Source of the DNA: Acidobacteriota bacterium
GTDB taxonomy: Bacteria; Acidobacteriota; UBA6911
Assembly: GCA_963664705.1 (NCBI GenBank)
Contig: OY761556.1
Span: 1,248,001 to 1,312,000, forward strand
DNA length: 64,000 bases
Direction of reading: 5' to 3'
In this document: positions 31,050 to 42,700 of the stretch, piece by piece
Layout: each line of letters opens with the position of its first letter
Numbering within the stretch: the first letter of the stretch is position 1
Position numbers and translations under genes: made by a program
The notes under the pieces: model-generated
What the model was told of the DNA's origin: nothing
The model's database searches: none
Seen by the model: the letters and a program-made list of their open reading frames with translations, nothing else

Positions 31050-31850
31050 CTACCGAATCAACAGCCTGTAGATGGGAATCAGCATCCGCAGAATCGCTCC
31101 AGCCTTCGCCGAGTAGTGCTTGGCATAAAAATACTGCAGGCTCGCGTAATAATGCTTCCGGCGCTCTTTCGAATCCTGCAGGCTCGCTCCTCCCAGATGC
31201 GTCACCGCAATGTGCGGCGCATACATAACCTCCCAACCCTCCTGCCTCAGCCGAAGACAAAGGTCGTTGTCTTCAAAATACATGAAGATCCGTTCATCGA
31301 AACCGCCGACCTGCTCGAATGCCGATCTTCGGACCAGGAGACAGGTACCGGAAACCCAGTCTACCGTCTGGCCGATAGATGTTTCCCAGTCGTGAAGAGG
31401 CTGACGCATGCCGGTGCGGGCGCAGGCGCGGGCGAAGAGATAGGAAAGAGTCGGGTCGTTACCAAAGGAAAAAGGCTGCGCCTTGCCGTCCGGTTGCAGC
31501 AGCCGGGGGCTGCATGCCGCGCGTCGGGAGGCGTCCTGCGACACGGCCCACAACCCGTCGATCGTATCGGCGCGGAGAATCGCGTCGCTGTTGAGAAACA
31601 GCAGGTAATTCCCGGTCGCAGCGCGCACGCCGGCATTGTTGGCACGGGCATATCCCTGGTTTTCAATCTGTCGGATGACCTGCACTTCCGGAAACTGAGC
31701 TTCTACCATGGCCATGCTTCCGTCCGTGGAACCATTGTCGACGACAATCACTTCGCAATGTGTCGCATGAGCCCTGACGGATGCCAGGCACTGCAGGAGC
31801 AAATCTCTGGTATTCCAATTCACGATAATGATGGAAATGCGAGGATTCAC
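31050..31850 (-). CDS. GT2 glycosyltransferase (WbbL-like)
   Basis: ISIIIVNWN, VVDNGSTDGS, GYARANN, LFLNSD, GGFDERIFMYFEDNDLC. Confidence 0.85.
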   Translation of the reverse strand: MNPRISIIIVNWNTRDLLLQCLASVRAHATHCEVIVVDNGSTDGSMAMVEAQFPEVQVIRQIENQGYARANNAGVRAATGNYLLFLNSDAILRADTIDGLWAVSQDASRRAACSPRLLQPDGKAQPFSFGNDPTLSYLFARACARTGMRQPLHDWETSIGQTVDWVSGTCLLVRRSAFEQVGGFDERIFMYFEDNDLCLRLRQEGWEVMYAPHIAVTHLGGASLQDSKERRKHYYASLQYFYAKHYSAKAGAILRMLIPIYRLLIR

Positions 31851-32022
31851 GTCGGCCGCCTTGAGCTGTCTGATGAATAGTCCTTACCATACTGAAGACC
31901 TGATTCAAAGGCAATGTCTTCGTGCTTAACCGGCAACATGAAGGCTTCCCGTGCACTGGGAAGCCTTGGAGAAAATGAGCCTCCGCCGCGCATCCATGGG
32001 ACGATGCGCCCCTCATTTTGTC

Positions 32023-32050
32023 TTGACAATGCCTCATGCCAGTTTAAGAT
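32023..32050 (+). promoter_or_regulatory. Putative sigma70 promoter of the leuA leader
   Basis: TTGACA (32023-32028)-N16-TAAGAT (32045-32050). Confidence 0.45.
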
Positions 32051-32089
32051 ACGGAATACGGTTACTTAAAACCAGCAGGGATATTTATT

Positions 32090-32152
32090 ATGAAACTGCA
32101 TAAGCCCACTCGTTGTGACGCGATCTTCTACCTTAGTATCCTCCTCCTTTAA
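32090..32152 (+). CDS. Putative leuA leader peptide MKLHKPTRCDAIFYLSILLL
   Basis: 20-codon ORF ending CTT AGT ATC CTC CTC CTT TAA, 82 nt upstream of the leuA ATG; too short for the ORF track. Confidence 0.65.
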   Translation: MKLHKPTRCDAIFYLSILLL

Positions 32153-32234
32153 GCCGCCTTTCTTCTGCCTTGACCCTTAATTTCAGGAACACCGGGTTCG
32201 AGGCAAAACCCCGAAGCAATTAGTGAAAGGATCC

Positions 32235-33776
32235 ATGATGACAGACCGAGTATTGGTTTTTGATACGACTTTGAGAGATGGAGAGCAATCTCCTGGGGCC
32301 AGCATGACCATTTCCGAAAAGCTGATGCTGGCGCGGCAACTGGAACGCTTGAGGGTGGATGTTATCGAAGCCGGCTTTCCTATTTCCTCGGAAGGGGATT
32401 TCGAGTCCGTTAAGAGAATAGCCGAGGAAATCAGAACCATCACCATCGCAGGACTGTCGAGAGCCAGCAAGGGCGATATTGATCGATGCTGGGAAGCGGT
32501 TCGCCATGCCGCAAAGCCCAGGATTCATACATTCCTGGCCACCTCGGATATTCACCTCGAGTATAAGCTGAAAAAGACCCGGGACGAGGTTCTGCAGATC
32601 GCGCGCGAAGCGGTGGCTTACGCGAAAACGCTCTGCCAGGATGTGGAATTCTCTGCCGAAGACTCAACGCGTTCCGACCTTCCTTTCCTGGCAAAAGTGG
32701 TGGAAGCGGTCATCGAAGCCGGTGCGAATGTCGTCAATATCCCCGATACAGTCGGGTATACCATTCCCGAGGAATACGCGCGGCGGATCAAGTATCTGTA
32801 TGATCACGTTCCGAACATCGGCAAAACCATCCTGTCCGTGCATTGCCACAACGATCTTGGCCTTGCGGTTGCGAATACCCTGACGGCTATTCAGAACGGC
32901 GTTCGGCAGGTGGAGTGCACCGTCAACGGGATCGGCGAACGCGCCGGCAATGCTTCGCTCGAAGAGATTGTCATGGCGCTGTATACGCGCAAGGACCTCT
33001 TCAAAATCGAAACCGGAATCAATACCCAGGAAATATGGTCCTCCAGCGCCATGGTCACGAACCTGACCGGCATGATGGTGCAGCCCAACAAGGCGATCGT
33101 GGGAAGAAATGCCTTTGCCCACGAAGCCGGCATCCACCAGGATGGCGTCATCAAATCCAAGCTGACCTATGAGATCATGCGTCCTGAGGATATCGGGATC
33201 AAGGAAAGCACGCTGGTCATGGGCAAACACATGGGCCGGCATGCGCTCAAGCAGAAATACCAGGAACTGGGCTTCGATTTAAGCGATGCCGAAATCGATA
33301 AGGCTTATGTGCTGCTGAAGAAGGTTGCGGACAAGAAGAAGGAAGTATTCGATGACGACTTGATCGTCACCGTTCGCGACGCCCTTCGAATCTCCACGCC
33401 GGTGTACAAGCTGAAATACATCCAGTCTACGGGCGGGAACCAGATCATCGCTACCGCAACCATCATGCTGGAGAAGGAAGGCCAGACGTTCAAGGATTCC
33501 GCTACCGGCGATGGGCCGGTCGATGCAGTCCTGCGCGCGATCGATCGAATCACCGGGCTTGAAGGCAAGCTTGTGGAATACGCTGTCCGCAGCGTAACCA
33601 AAGGCGCCGATGCCGTGGGCGAAGTTTTTATGAAAATCGATTTTGGTAAAGCTTCCTTCATCGGGAAAGCCGCCAGTCTCGATATCGTGGACGCCAGCGC
33701 CCGTGCTTATGTGGATGCCGTCAACAAGCTCATCAACTACCAGAGCGCACTGGTCGCACACCAGGCCAATAGCTGA
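32235..33776 (+). CDS. leuA: 2-isopropylmalate synthase
   Basis: FDTTLRDGEQSPG, HCHNDLGLA, NGIGERAGN, HEAGIHQDG, and C-terminal regulatory domain (GDGPVDA). Confidence 0.96.
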   Translation: MMTDRVLVFDTTLRDGEQSPGASMTISEKLMLARQLERLRVDVIEAGFPISSEGDFESVKRIAEEIRTITIAGLSRASKGDIDRCWEAVRHAAKPRIHTFLATSDIHLEYKLKKTRDEVLQIAREAVAYAKTLCQDVEFSAEDSTRSDLPFLAKVVEAVIEAGANVVNIPDTVGYTIPEEYARRIKYLYDHVPNIGKTILSVHCHNDLGLAVANTLTAIQNGVRQVECTVNGIGERAGNASLEEIVMALYTRKDLFKIETGINTQEIWSSSAMVTNLTGMMVQPNKAIVGRNAFAHEAGIHQDGVIKSKLTYEIMRPEDIGIKESTLVMGKHMGRHALKQKYQELGFDLSDAEIDKAYVLLKKVADKKKEVFDDDLIVTVRDALRISTPVYKLKYIQSTGGNQIIATATIMLEKEGQTFKDSATGDGPVDAVLRAIDRITGLEGKLVEYAVRSVTKGADAVGEVFMKIDFGKASFIGKAASLDIVDASARAYVDAVNKLINYQSALVAHQANS

Positions 33777-33831
33777 GATTGACGATTGACGATTGACGAT
33801 TGGAAGACCGAGCGTTTTCCAATCGTCAATC
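33777..33831. repeat. Heptamer array (GATTGAC)3 with inverted partner (hairpin)
   Basis: GATTGAC x3 + GATTGGAA (33777-33805) pairs with TTCCAATCGTCAATC (33817-33831), starting at the leuA stop. Confidence 0.8.
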
Positions 33832-33864
33832 ATTGCATGCCAACCATTACTCTGCGTGTTCAAA

Positions 33865-34707
33865 ATGACAAAACACCTGTCGGTACCGGATGGGACTCCC
33901 ATCGCTTTCCAGGGGGAACTCGGATCTTTCAGCCATCGGGCGGCCCTGAAAGTCTTTGGCTCTTCAATCGAGCCGTATCACTGCCATTCTTTTGATGATG
34001 TATTCAGCGCCGTTGCCCGGAAGAAGGCCGAATGCGCGGTCATCCCGATCGAAAATACCCTGGCAGGCAGCATTCACCAGAATTTTGATCTGCTCGCGCA
34101 TCATTCGCTGGAAGTCGTGGGAGAGACTTCATTGCGCGTGCAACACAATCTGATTGTTCATCCCGGCGCCAGCCTGCGGCAGATCCGCCAGATCTACTCG
34201 CATCCCGCAGCCCTCGAACAGTGCAAAAGCCTGCTGCGCCGCCTGAGATCGGTCGAGAAGGTGTCCTATTACGATACCGCCGGAAGCGTGAAGCATATCC
34301 GGGATCGGGAGCTTCGGAACGCTGCGGCCATTGCATCCGCGGACGCCGCCCAGATTTACGGGATGAAAATCCTTCGCCGCGACATAGAGGATGATCCGGA
34401 GAATTACACGCGGTTCCTGGCGTTGGCTCGCCACAAGCGATTCTCCCAGGGCGGGAAGAAAACCAGCATCGTTTTCGGACTGAAAAGCGAGCCGGGCGCG
34501 CTTTTCAAGGCGCTGTCCGTGTTTGCCCTGAGAAACATCGACCTGAGCAAGATTGAGTCGCGCCCGATTCGCGGCACGCCGTGGCAATACCTGTTTTACC
34601 TGGATCTTCAGATTGACGTTCACAGCCAGGAATGCACCAATGCTTTGCGGCACCTGCGCGAGCTGGCTCCGTATCTGAAAGTTCTTGGTTCCTACATGAC
34701 ATTCTGA
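33865..34707 (+). CDS. pheA: Prephenate dehydratase
   Basis: IAFQGELGSFS, IPIENTLAGSI, SHPAALEQC, NYTRF, ACT domain with KIESRP. Confidence 0.93.
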   Translation: MTKHLSVPDGTPIAFQGELGSFSHRAALKVFGSSIEPYHCHSFDDVFSAVARKKAECAVIPIENTLAGSIHQNFDLLAHHSLEVVGETSLRVQHNLIVHPGASLRQIRQIYSHPAALEQCKSLLRRLRSVEKVSYYDTAGSVKHIRDRELRNAAAIASADAAQIYGMKILRRDIEDDPENYTRFLALARHKRFSQGGKKTSIVFGLKSEPGALFKALSVFALRNIDLSKIESRPIRGTPWQYLFYLDLQIDVHSQECTNALRHLRELAPYLKVLGSYMTF

Positions 34708-34750
34708 GCCCTGCGACGCGAGTGAAGCACCAGGCCCTCGGGGGCTGGAT
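34701..34750 (+). repeat. Dispersed REP/MITE-like element, internally deleted copy 3
   Basis: ATTCTGAGCCCTGCGACGCGAGTGAAGCACCAGGCCC joined via TCG to GGGGCTGGAT, which matches the end of copy 1; overlaps the pheA TGA. Confidence 0.7.
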
Positions 34751-34814
34751 TTTTGTTCCGGATGCAGATTTGCTCTTGCCTGCGAGACTCCGGCGGTCCC
34801 AGCAGCTCCCAGTG

Positions 34815-36440
34815 CTATTTGCGGGAGTATTCGGAAGCAGGCTTCCATTTGGGGAAGTGGTCCGCGTTTGCAACTTCCCACCCCACCATCCACAGCAACT
34901 GAACATCCTCCACCATGCCGCTCAGATCCCAGTCCGGTTTGATCACGTCGGACGGGTTGTGATAGTCGTGCATCGTATATTCGTCCCGCACCTTTTGCGA
35001 AAACCCGGGCGATTTGCCGATGTAGTTGGTCCCCTCATCCGAATTGAGGGCCGGGATTCCTTTTTGGGCAAAGGGGAAATGATCCGACCGGTAATAGCCC
35101 CCTTTTTCCGGCTCCGGATCCGGCACGAGCACGCGTCCCTGCCGGCTTGCGACCTTTTGCGCGTAATCATCCAATTCCGAATTTCCCAGTCCTATGATGG
35201 TCAGGTCCCTGGTTCGGCCATAGGTGTTCATCCCATCCATATTAATTGCCGCGAGTGTTTTTGCCAGAGGGTAAACCGGATGGTCGGCGTAATACTGCGA
35301 CCCGAGTAATCCCTGTTCCTCGCCCGTGACCGATACAAATAGAATGGACCGCTCCGGCTGGACCGTCTGTTTCTTGAACGCCCTGGCGATCTCAATCAGC
35401 GCCGCTACGCCCGTTGCATTGTCCTTGGCTCCATGATAAATCCTGTCTCCATTCACAGGCTCGCCAATTCCAAGATGATCCCAGTGCGCAGTGTACAGAA
35501 CGTATTCCTCTTTCAGCTTCGGGTTTTTCCCCTCGAGCTTGGCCATAACATTGCGCGAATTGATTGTTCGTAAGCTGTTGTGAAAACTGATTGAAGCGGT
35601 GACATTCATCGGAACCGGACGGAAGGCGCGCGTGGTTGCCAGCTTCTTTAACGCATCATAGTTCTGCCCGGCCATGGCAAAAAGCTCGCGGGCTTTTTCC
35701 ACCGTAATCCAGGATTCCACTTTGGGTTTGCTCAGGTTTTTGTCCGGCGCGATCAGCTCGAACCTTTCGCCCCCAAATCCCTGAACCACCGACCACGGGT
35801 ATCCGGCCAGCGCGGTTTCGTGAACCAGGAGGACTCCCGCCGCCCCCTTTTCCCCGGCGATGTCGTATTTGTAAGTCCATCGGCCGTAGTAGGTCATAGC
35901 TTTGCCGCCAAATACCTTCGGATCGAGTTTTTCCGAGTTGGCAGGGTCGGGAACCGGCGGATCATTGACCAGCATGACAAGGACTTTTCCCCGGACATCC
36001 ACTCCCTTATAGTCGTCCCATTTGAACTCGGGAGCCTGTACGCCATAGCCAACGAAAACCAGGTCGGAGTTTTCCAGTTTCGTATCCGGTATAGCCTGCC
36101 GTGTCCAGGCGACAAAGTCCTTTAGATATTTCAGCCGGAGGTTTCTGGCTCCCCGCTGAAGAACCATAGACATGGTGGAATCAGGCGTTGTTCCGACCAT
36201 GGGCACCTTCTGAATGTAGGTGCCGTCGGTATTCCCGGGCTTCAGACCCAGTCCTTTGAACTGATCCTGGATATAGGCTACGGTCAGGTCTTCTCCGCGC
36301 GTTCCCGGCGCGCGCCCTTCAAATGCATCGGAGGACAGCGTCCGGATATGCTGCAGCAAAGCACGGGAGTCGATCTTTGGAAAGTCAACCGCCATTCCAT
36401 TCAATGCAAATAAGATACAGAATATTGCCCATCGAGTCAT
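34815..36440 (-). CDS. Secreted M28 family metallopeptidase with PA domain
   Basis: Signal peptide, FEGRAPGT, YYGRWTYK, AHWDHLG, GAKDNATG, GEEQGLLGS, RSDHFPF, DYH. Confidence 0.9.
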   Translation of the reverse strand: MTRWAIFCILFALNGMAVDFPKIDSRALLQHIRTLSSDAFEGRAPGTRGEDLTVAYIQDQFKGLGLKPGNTDGTYIQKVPMVGTTPDSTMSMVLQRGARNLRLKYLKDFVAWTRQAIPDTKLENSDLVFVGYGVQAPEFKWDDYKGVDVRGKVLVMLVNDPPVPDPANSEKLDPKVFGGKAMTYYGRWTYKYDIAGEKGAAGVLLVHETALAGYPWSVVQGFGGERFELIAPDKNLSKPKVESWITVEKARELFAMAGQNYDALKKLATTRAFRPVPMNVTASISFHNSLRTINSRNVMAKLEGKNPKLKEEYVLYTAHWDHLGIGEPVNGDRIYHGAKDNATGVAALIEIARAFKKQTVQPERSILFVSVTGEEQGLLGSQYYADHPVYPLAKTLAAINMDGMNTYGRTRDLTIIGLGNSELDDYAQKVASRQGRVLVPDPEPEKGGYYRSDHFPFAQKGIPALNSDEGTNYIGKSPGFSQKVRDEYTMHDYHNPSDVIKPDWDLSGMVEDVQLLWMVGWEVANADHFPKWKPASEYSRK

Positions 36441-36594
36441 AGCCCAAGTCCCCAAGGAAAAACCACCGGTCCCTAATTCCGAGTTTAACCCAAAAATTGG
36501 AGGACTCAAAGGTGGAAGCCCTTATTCAAAAACTTAATCTTCTGCCCCCAGGCGTGTTACAATCACCGTTCTGTTTTTCACGAAAGGGAGTTCT

Positions 36595-37659
36595 ATGCCT
36601 CGATCGGTTATCATTGGGAGCGGAACGTGTATTCCTCCCAACCTGGTTACCAATGACATGTTGTCCCGGATCATGGACGCTACCGACGAATGGATCCAGC
36701 AGCGGAGCGGGGTCGAGGCGCGGCACTTCGTTGATGAGGGGACGTCCACATCCGATCTCGGCCTGACGGCGGCTACCCAGGCTATCCAACTCGCCGGCAT
36801 TGACAAAAACGACCTGGACCTCATCGTCTTTGCCACCATGACTCCCGACTACTATTTCCCGGGATGCGGCGGATTGCTTCAATCCAAGCTGGGCATTAAA
36901 GATGTGCCCTGCTTCGATATCCGCCAGCAATGCGCTGGTTTCCTGTACGGCATGCAGTTGGCCGATGCACAGATCCGCGCCGGCGCGGCCAGGACCGTCC
37001 TGCTGGTCGGAGCCGAAACCCATACCGGCTTCATGCCCTGGACCAAGGACAATTACAACTATCTCTACGGCCGTATCGAAACTCCCCCGACCCCGGAGGA
37101 GTATGAATGGAATACTCGGTTCCGCAATGTGACGGTGCTGTTTGGAGATGCCGGCGCTGCCGTCGTCCTGAAAGCGGAAGAAACCGCCGATCGCGGCGTC
37201 ATCGACTGTATTCTTCGGACCAACGGGAGCGATTACGAACGGATTTATGTCCCGGGCGCCGGGTTCAAACATCGGCCATATATCGACATAGAACAGATTC
37301 AGCGGGGCGACCACATTCCTGTAATGAACGGGATGTATGTTTACCGGAATGCCACCCACGCGATGGTGAATGTCACCCGGGAAATCCTTGAACGCAATAA
37401 CCTGAAGCTCGAGGATATCTCCATGGTCCTGATGCATCAGGCCAATAAGCGCATCAATGAACGCGTCCAGAAAATGCTGGAGATCCCGGACGAAAAAGTA
37501 ATTTCCAATATCCATAAATACGGCAATACCACCGCCGCAACCATTCCACTGCTGTGGGATGAAGCGGTGCGCAGCGACCGGATCCATCCTGGAGATCTGG
37601 TTTTAATGGTTGCCTTTGGCGCCGGGATGAATTGGGGAGCCCTGCTGCTCCGGGCCTAG
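36595..37659 (+). CDS. fabH: 3-oxoacyl-ACP synthase III (FabH-like)
   Basis: Cys-His-Asn triad (QQCAGF, HQAN, YGNTTAA), LFGDAGAA, AFGAG; first gene of the PKS cluster. Confidence 0.85.
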   Translation: MPRSVIIGSGTCIPPNLVTNDMLSRIMDATDEWIQQRSGVEARHFVDEGTSTSDLGLTAATQAIQLAGIDKNDLDLIVFATMTPDYYFPGCGGLLQSKLGIKDVPCFDIRQQCAGFLYGMQLADAQIRAGAARTVLLVGAETHTGFMPWTKDNYNYLYGRIETPPTPEEYEWNTRFRNVTVLFGDAGAAVVLKAEETADRGVIDCILRTNGSDYERIYVPGAGFKHRPYIDIEQIQRGDHIPVMNGMYVYRNATHAMVNVTREILERNNLKLEDISMVLMHQANKRINERVQKMLEIPDEKVISNIHKYGNTTAATIPLLWDEAVRSDRIHPGDLVLMVAFGAGMNWGALLLRA

Positions 37660-37823
37660 CGGATGCCGGATCTAACAAGTCCGCCCCGGTGCATTAGAAT
37701 TATTGATTTGTAAACTCGGCCAATTTTAGGCAAAAAGAGGACTTTTATTTCTGGGGATAGTCTACGTAAAGGGTTGAATTGGTGATTCGTCACCTTCACT
37801 TTATTGGGTAACTACTGATAAAT

Positions 37824-39485
37824 ATGGAAAATAAAGGATTGGACAAGGAAGCACTCGATCTGACACTGGAAGCGTTGAAGGACTTCGCTGAAACCCATTT
37901 GCCGGAAAAAAAGATATTGGAGCTCGATGCGACGGAGGAATTCCCGGTCGAGATCGTCCGCGAAATGTGTAACCCGGGGGGACTGGGTATTCAGCTGCTC
38001 TTCATCCCAGAGGAGTTTGAGGGGATGGGTGGGGGAGCATTTGATGTTTACAGGGTTTGCGAGGAACTGGCCCGCATCGACCTTGGAGTTGCGACGGGCG
38101 TATTAGCCACTTTCCTTGGAAGCGACCCGATTATTTTCGGCGGCACCTACGAACAGAAGAAGCTCTGGATGACCCGCATTGGCCAGGAAGGTCTGTTGAT
38201 GGCCTATGGCGCCACCGAGCCGGAAGCCGGGAGCGACCTTGCGGCGCTGCGAACGGTAGCCGATCCCGTTATGGAAGACGGCAAGATCGTCGGATACAAA
38301 ATCACCGGAAACAAGCAATGGATCAGCAACGGCGGCTACGCGGATCTCTATTCCGTATTGGCCAAAACGCCTGGCGGTCCGACCTGGTTTATCGTCGAGC
38401 AGGGCGTTGATGGATTGAGCCATGGGAAGCCGGAGGACAAGCACGGCATACGCGCCAGCAATACTTCAACCGTGTCGCTCGAGGGAGTCCGGGTTGGCGT
38501 GGAAAGACTCATTGGCGGCGTGGAAGGCCAGGGCCTTATCCAGGCGCAGCTGGTGTTTGGCTATACGCGGCTGATGGTCGCCGCTTTCGGGTTGGGCGCC
38601 GGTTGGGCTGCCCTGGATCGCGCCATTCCCTACTCGATGGGCCGCATCGCCGGCGGAGCGCCGCTGTCGGAAAAGCAGGGATACACCCATAAGCTCATCA
38701 TTCCCAACGCCGTACTGCTGGAAGTCGGCCGTTCCTATATAGAAGAAACCGCTGAACGGATTGACAGCCAGGAAGGGAACCTCAATACGGAAGGCGCTAT
38801 TGCGAAATACCTGTCCACTGAAGCCGGAAATCTGGCCGCGGATGCTTCCATCCAGGCGCTGGGCGGATATGGCTATACCCGTGAATATATGGTTGAAAAG
38901 TACAAACGGGATGCCCGGATCACCCGAATCTATGAAGGGACGTCCGAAATCATGGAAATGACGATCTGCCGCGATCGTTGGCAGATACACCTGAAGACCC
39001 ACGGTCAGTTCTACCATGACATGGCTCGTCAGGCGGAGGAGCTTCATAAGCAGAACAACAAGCTGGGTGCCGATGTGGTGGCCTATTGCCTCCACGGTCT
39101 GGCCGATCTGCTCGAAGTGGCTCGGGCCCAGAGATTAACGCGGCATCAGCACATTCTTTTCCGGCTGGGCGAGTGGATTGCTCATGCCGAAGGCGTCTCC
39201 AGTCTTGCAAGGCGTGCCGGCAGAGCCGCCCAGGGGACCTTAAATCCAAAGTCTCACACCCGCTTCAATGCGGAAACGCTGGCTGCCCTCAGCCGGATTG
39301 CCGCCCGGGAAGCCGCCATGAAAGTGGTGAGCGAAGGGATGCGCTGGATCGGTGGTTTGATATCCGAAGCCGATGCGGCCGCCCTTGAGAAGAAATTGTT
39401 CATCCCGCAAATCCATCGCGCACAGGTTGGATTGCTCCAAGATATGGACTTCGTTGGAGACGTTTTATACGGAAGAAATAAATAG
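37824..39485 (+). CDS. Acyl-CoA/acyl-ACP dehydrogenase with C-terminal extension
   Basis: [40 protein letters not shown] (catalytic Glu); 553 aa. Confidence 0.9.
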   Translation: MENKGLDKEALDLTLEALKDFAETHLPEKKILELDATEEFPVEIVREMCNPGGLGIQLLFIPEEFEGMGGGAFDVYRVCEELARIDLGVATGVLATFLGSDPIIFGGTYEQKKLWMTRIGQEGLLMAYGATEPEAGSDLAALRTVADPVMEDGKIVGYKITGNKQWISNGGYADLYSVLAKTPGGPTWFIVEQGVDGLSHGKPEDKHGIRASNTSTVSLEGVRVGVERLIGGVEGQGLIQAQLVFGYTRLMVAAFGLGAGWAALDRAIPYSMGRIAGGAPLSEKQGYTHKLIIPNAVLLEVGRSYIEETAERIDSQEGNLNTEGAIAKYLSTEAGNLAADASIQALGGYGYTREYMVEKYKRDARITRIYEGTSEIMEMTICRDRWQIHLKTHGQFYHDMARQAEELHKQNNKLGADVVAYCLHGLADLLEVARAQRLTRHQHILFRLGEWIAHAEGVSSLARRAGRAAQGTLNPKSHTRFNAETLAALSRIAAREAAMKVVSEGMRWIGGLISEADAAALEKKLFIPQIHRAQVGLLQDMDFVGDVLYGRNK

Positions 39486-39702
39486 GTTTCCCGTTTTGCG
39501 TTCCCCGTTTTCCCTGCAAAATTCGGCAGGGGACGCGGGGAACGGGAATCCTCATTCCTGAAACAAAGAAACAAGCAGGTGCAGCTATAGAATGTTTATG
39601 GTTGCCCGGTTTGCTTTTTCCGGTGCCGCGCATGGATTCATGCCGCGGGAGACGGAAACAAGGAACGGGAGACCTGCAGTTTAGTCCGGAGGCATTGCAC
39701 TA

Positions 39703-42700
39703 ATGAAAGTATCTGCAGCGGAAAGAGCAGTTGCAATAGTTGGCGTCGGAGCCCTGATGCCGGATGCGCCGAATGCGCCGAAATTCTGGCAGAACGTCCG
39801 AGGGGGCGTTTACAGCATCAAGGATGTCGTGCAAGAGCGTTGGGATCCCAATCTGTATTACGATGCGGATCCGAAGGCTCCAGATAAGACCTATTCCAAG
39901 ATCGGCGGATGGGTTCGTGACTGGGAGTGGGATCCGCTAAAATGGAAGCTCCCCATTCCTCCCCGAGTCAGTCTCGCAATGGACCTGACCCAAAAGTGGG
40001 CCGTTGTCACCGCGAGAGAAGCCTTGGCGGATTTCGGCTATCCCAGCCGCGCCCTGAACGCTGAACGCACCGCCGTCATTTATGGCAATGCAATGGCCGG
40101 AGATACGCATCTGTATTCCGCCGCCAGGATTCTCTTTCCGGAGTTTGCGGAAGAACTGATCAAATCCACCAGCTATTCGGCCCTGCCGCCCGCAGTGCGC
40201 GAGTCGATCATGGAACAGCTCCATGAAGGCGTCCGACGCAAGACTCCTCCAATCACGGAGGATACGATGCCCGGGGAACTGGCCAACATCGTGGCCGGCC
40301 GCATCGCGGCTCTGTATGATTTCAAAGGGCCGAACTATGTAGCCGATGCCGCCTGCGCATCTGCCATGGCCGCGATGAGCGCCGCAATCGAGGGATTGAA
40401 TGCCCACGATTACGATGCCGTCCTGACCGGCGGAATCGACACGAACATGAGCCCCTCCACCTTCGTAAAGTTCTGCAAAATCGGCGCCCTGTCCGCAACC
40501 GGGTCCCGCCCTTATGCGGAAGGCTCCGACGGGTTCGTCATGGGGGAAGGCGCCGTTACGTTCCTGCTGAAGCGGTTGGCCGATGCCGAGCGGGATGGCG
40601 ATAAGATTTATGCGGTTATCCGCGGGATGGGCGGATCGAGCGATGGCAAAGGGAAGGGAATCACAGCGCCCAACCCGGCCGGACAAAAGATCTGTGTCCG
40701 CCGGGCCTGGCAGAAGGCCGGCGTGCTGCCCACGGTTGGCGATCTGATTGAAGGGCACGGCACCTCGACCGCAGTCGGCGACGTCGCCGAGTTTGAGAGC
40801 ATTGCCGAAGTCTTCAATGATTTCGGGCTGCCCAAGCAATCGATTCCGCTGGGCTCCGTGAAGTCCAACATCGGACATCTCAAAGGCGCGGCCGGATCCG
40901 CAGGTATTTTGAAGGCAATGTTCGCGCTGCATGCCAGAGAACTGCCGCCCAGCCTGAATTTCAATGAGCCCAACCACAACATCAATTTCAAAGACTCGCC
41001 GTTCTATGTGAATACGCAGTTGAAGCCCTGGGATGTGGAACCGGGAAAGGCACGCCGCGCGGCGGTCAGTGCCTTTGGATTCGGCGGTACCAATTTCCAT
41101 ATTGTTCTTGAAGAATACATCCCCGGCCGGATTGCCGGAGAGATCAAGACAACCACTTCCGTCCCGGTCTCTGCCGTGGCCTCCGCCCCTGCGGAGTTGA
41201 AGACGCCGCTGCGCGGAGCCCTCGTTTTGGGCGCTGATAACGAAGCTGCGGTCGTTGCCCGGCTGCGCGACATAGTCAAGGACGCGGAAGCCGGCAAAGC
41301 CCCGGCACCTGCCGTTCCGATGGAATCGGATCTGCGCGCTTCCGTCCGCCTGGCCATCGATTATGGCAATGCGGCTGAGCTTGCCGACAAGGGCGCCAAG
41401 GCGCTCAAGGCATTCGAGGAAAATCAGGTCGGGCGTTGGAAGGCGCTGCGCGCCAAGGGCATTTTCCTCGGCAAAGGCCCGGCTCCCAAGGTAGCTTTCC
41501 TGTTCACCGGGCAGGGCTCGCAGTACGTCAACATGATTCAGCACCTGCGGGAAACAGAGCCAATCGTTACCCGGACATTTGAGGCCGCCGATCGCATTAT
41601 GGAACCGCTGCTCGGCAAACCGCTGACCGAATGCATCTACCTCGACAAGTCGGATGCGGCGGCATTGGCAGCAGCCGAGGAAGGCCTCAAGCAGACCGCA
41701 ATCACGCAGCCCGCGGTTCTGGCCACAGAGACGGCGCTGGCGCGCATGCTGGGCGCCTACGGTATTCAGCCTGATATGGTGATGGGCCACAGCCTTGGCG
41801 AATACGGCGCCCTGGTTGCCGCCGGCGCCATTTCGTTTGACGAGGCTCTGAAGGCCGTCAGCGCACGCGGCAACGAGATGACCAAGTGTGCCTTCGATGA
41901 CAACGGTATGATGGCCGCTGTCGGCGGGCCGATTGACGAGATCCAGAAAGTCCTGGAAACGATCGACGATTACGTGGTTGTCGCCAATATCAACAGCACC
42001 AAGGAAGCGGTCATCGGCGGTTCCACCCAGGGAATCGAAAAAGCGATCGCTGCCCTGGGCACCGCCGGATACACGGCAAAAGCGCTGCAGGTAAGCCACG
42101 CGTTCCACACCAAGATCGTCGCGCCTGCGGGCGATTCCCTGGCCCGGATTCTCGGCGGCATGAACCTCCGTCCGCCGCAAATCCCGATTGTGACGAATGT
42201 GACCGGCGAGTTTTATCCCATGGGACCGGGCGTGGTTCCGGAGATGATCGGTCTGCTCGGGAAACAGGTGTCGTCCCCGGTTCAGTTCATCAAGGGGCTC
42301 AATACGCTCTACAATGCCGGTGCTCGGATTTTTGTCGACATCGGTCCAAAGCGAATCCTGTATGGATTTGTGGATGATGTGCTTGGCGCCAAAGATGGTG
42401 TTGTCCCCCTGTTCGGGAATCACCCGAGAATCGGCGATGCGGCCTCTCTGAATCTCGCGCTGTGCGGTCTCTATGCCGCGGGCCTGGGATTTGGTGAACC
42501 GGCGAAAGCGGTGGCTGTCGTTCCGGCGGCTCCGGTGGTCGCGGTTCCCGCGGTGCAGGCTTCCCTCACGGCGGCTCCGTCTGCGCCATCCTATCGGATG
42601 GAAAAGCTCGATCAGCCGCAGCGCGTGGCTCCTGCGTCATCCGACCGGTATGTCGAATTGGGCAAACTGTTCACCGAATTCATGGACCGCGGCTTCCAGC

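Noticed and set aside
37781-37794. GGTGA-TTCG-TCACC palindrome upstream of the ACAD gene
   Set aside because: Only 5-bp arms; cannot be distinguished from chance without comparative data.
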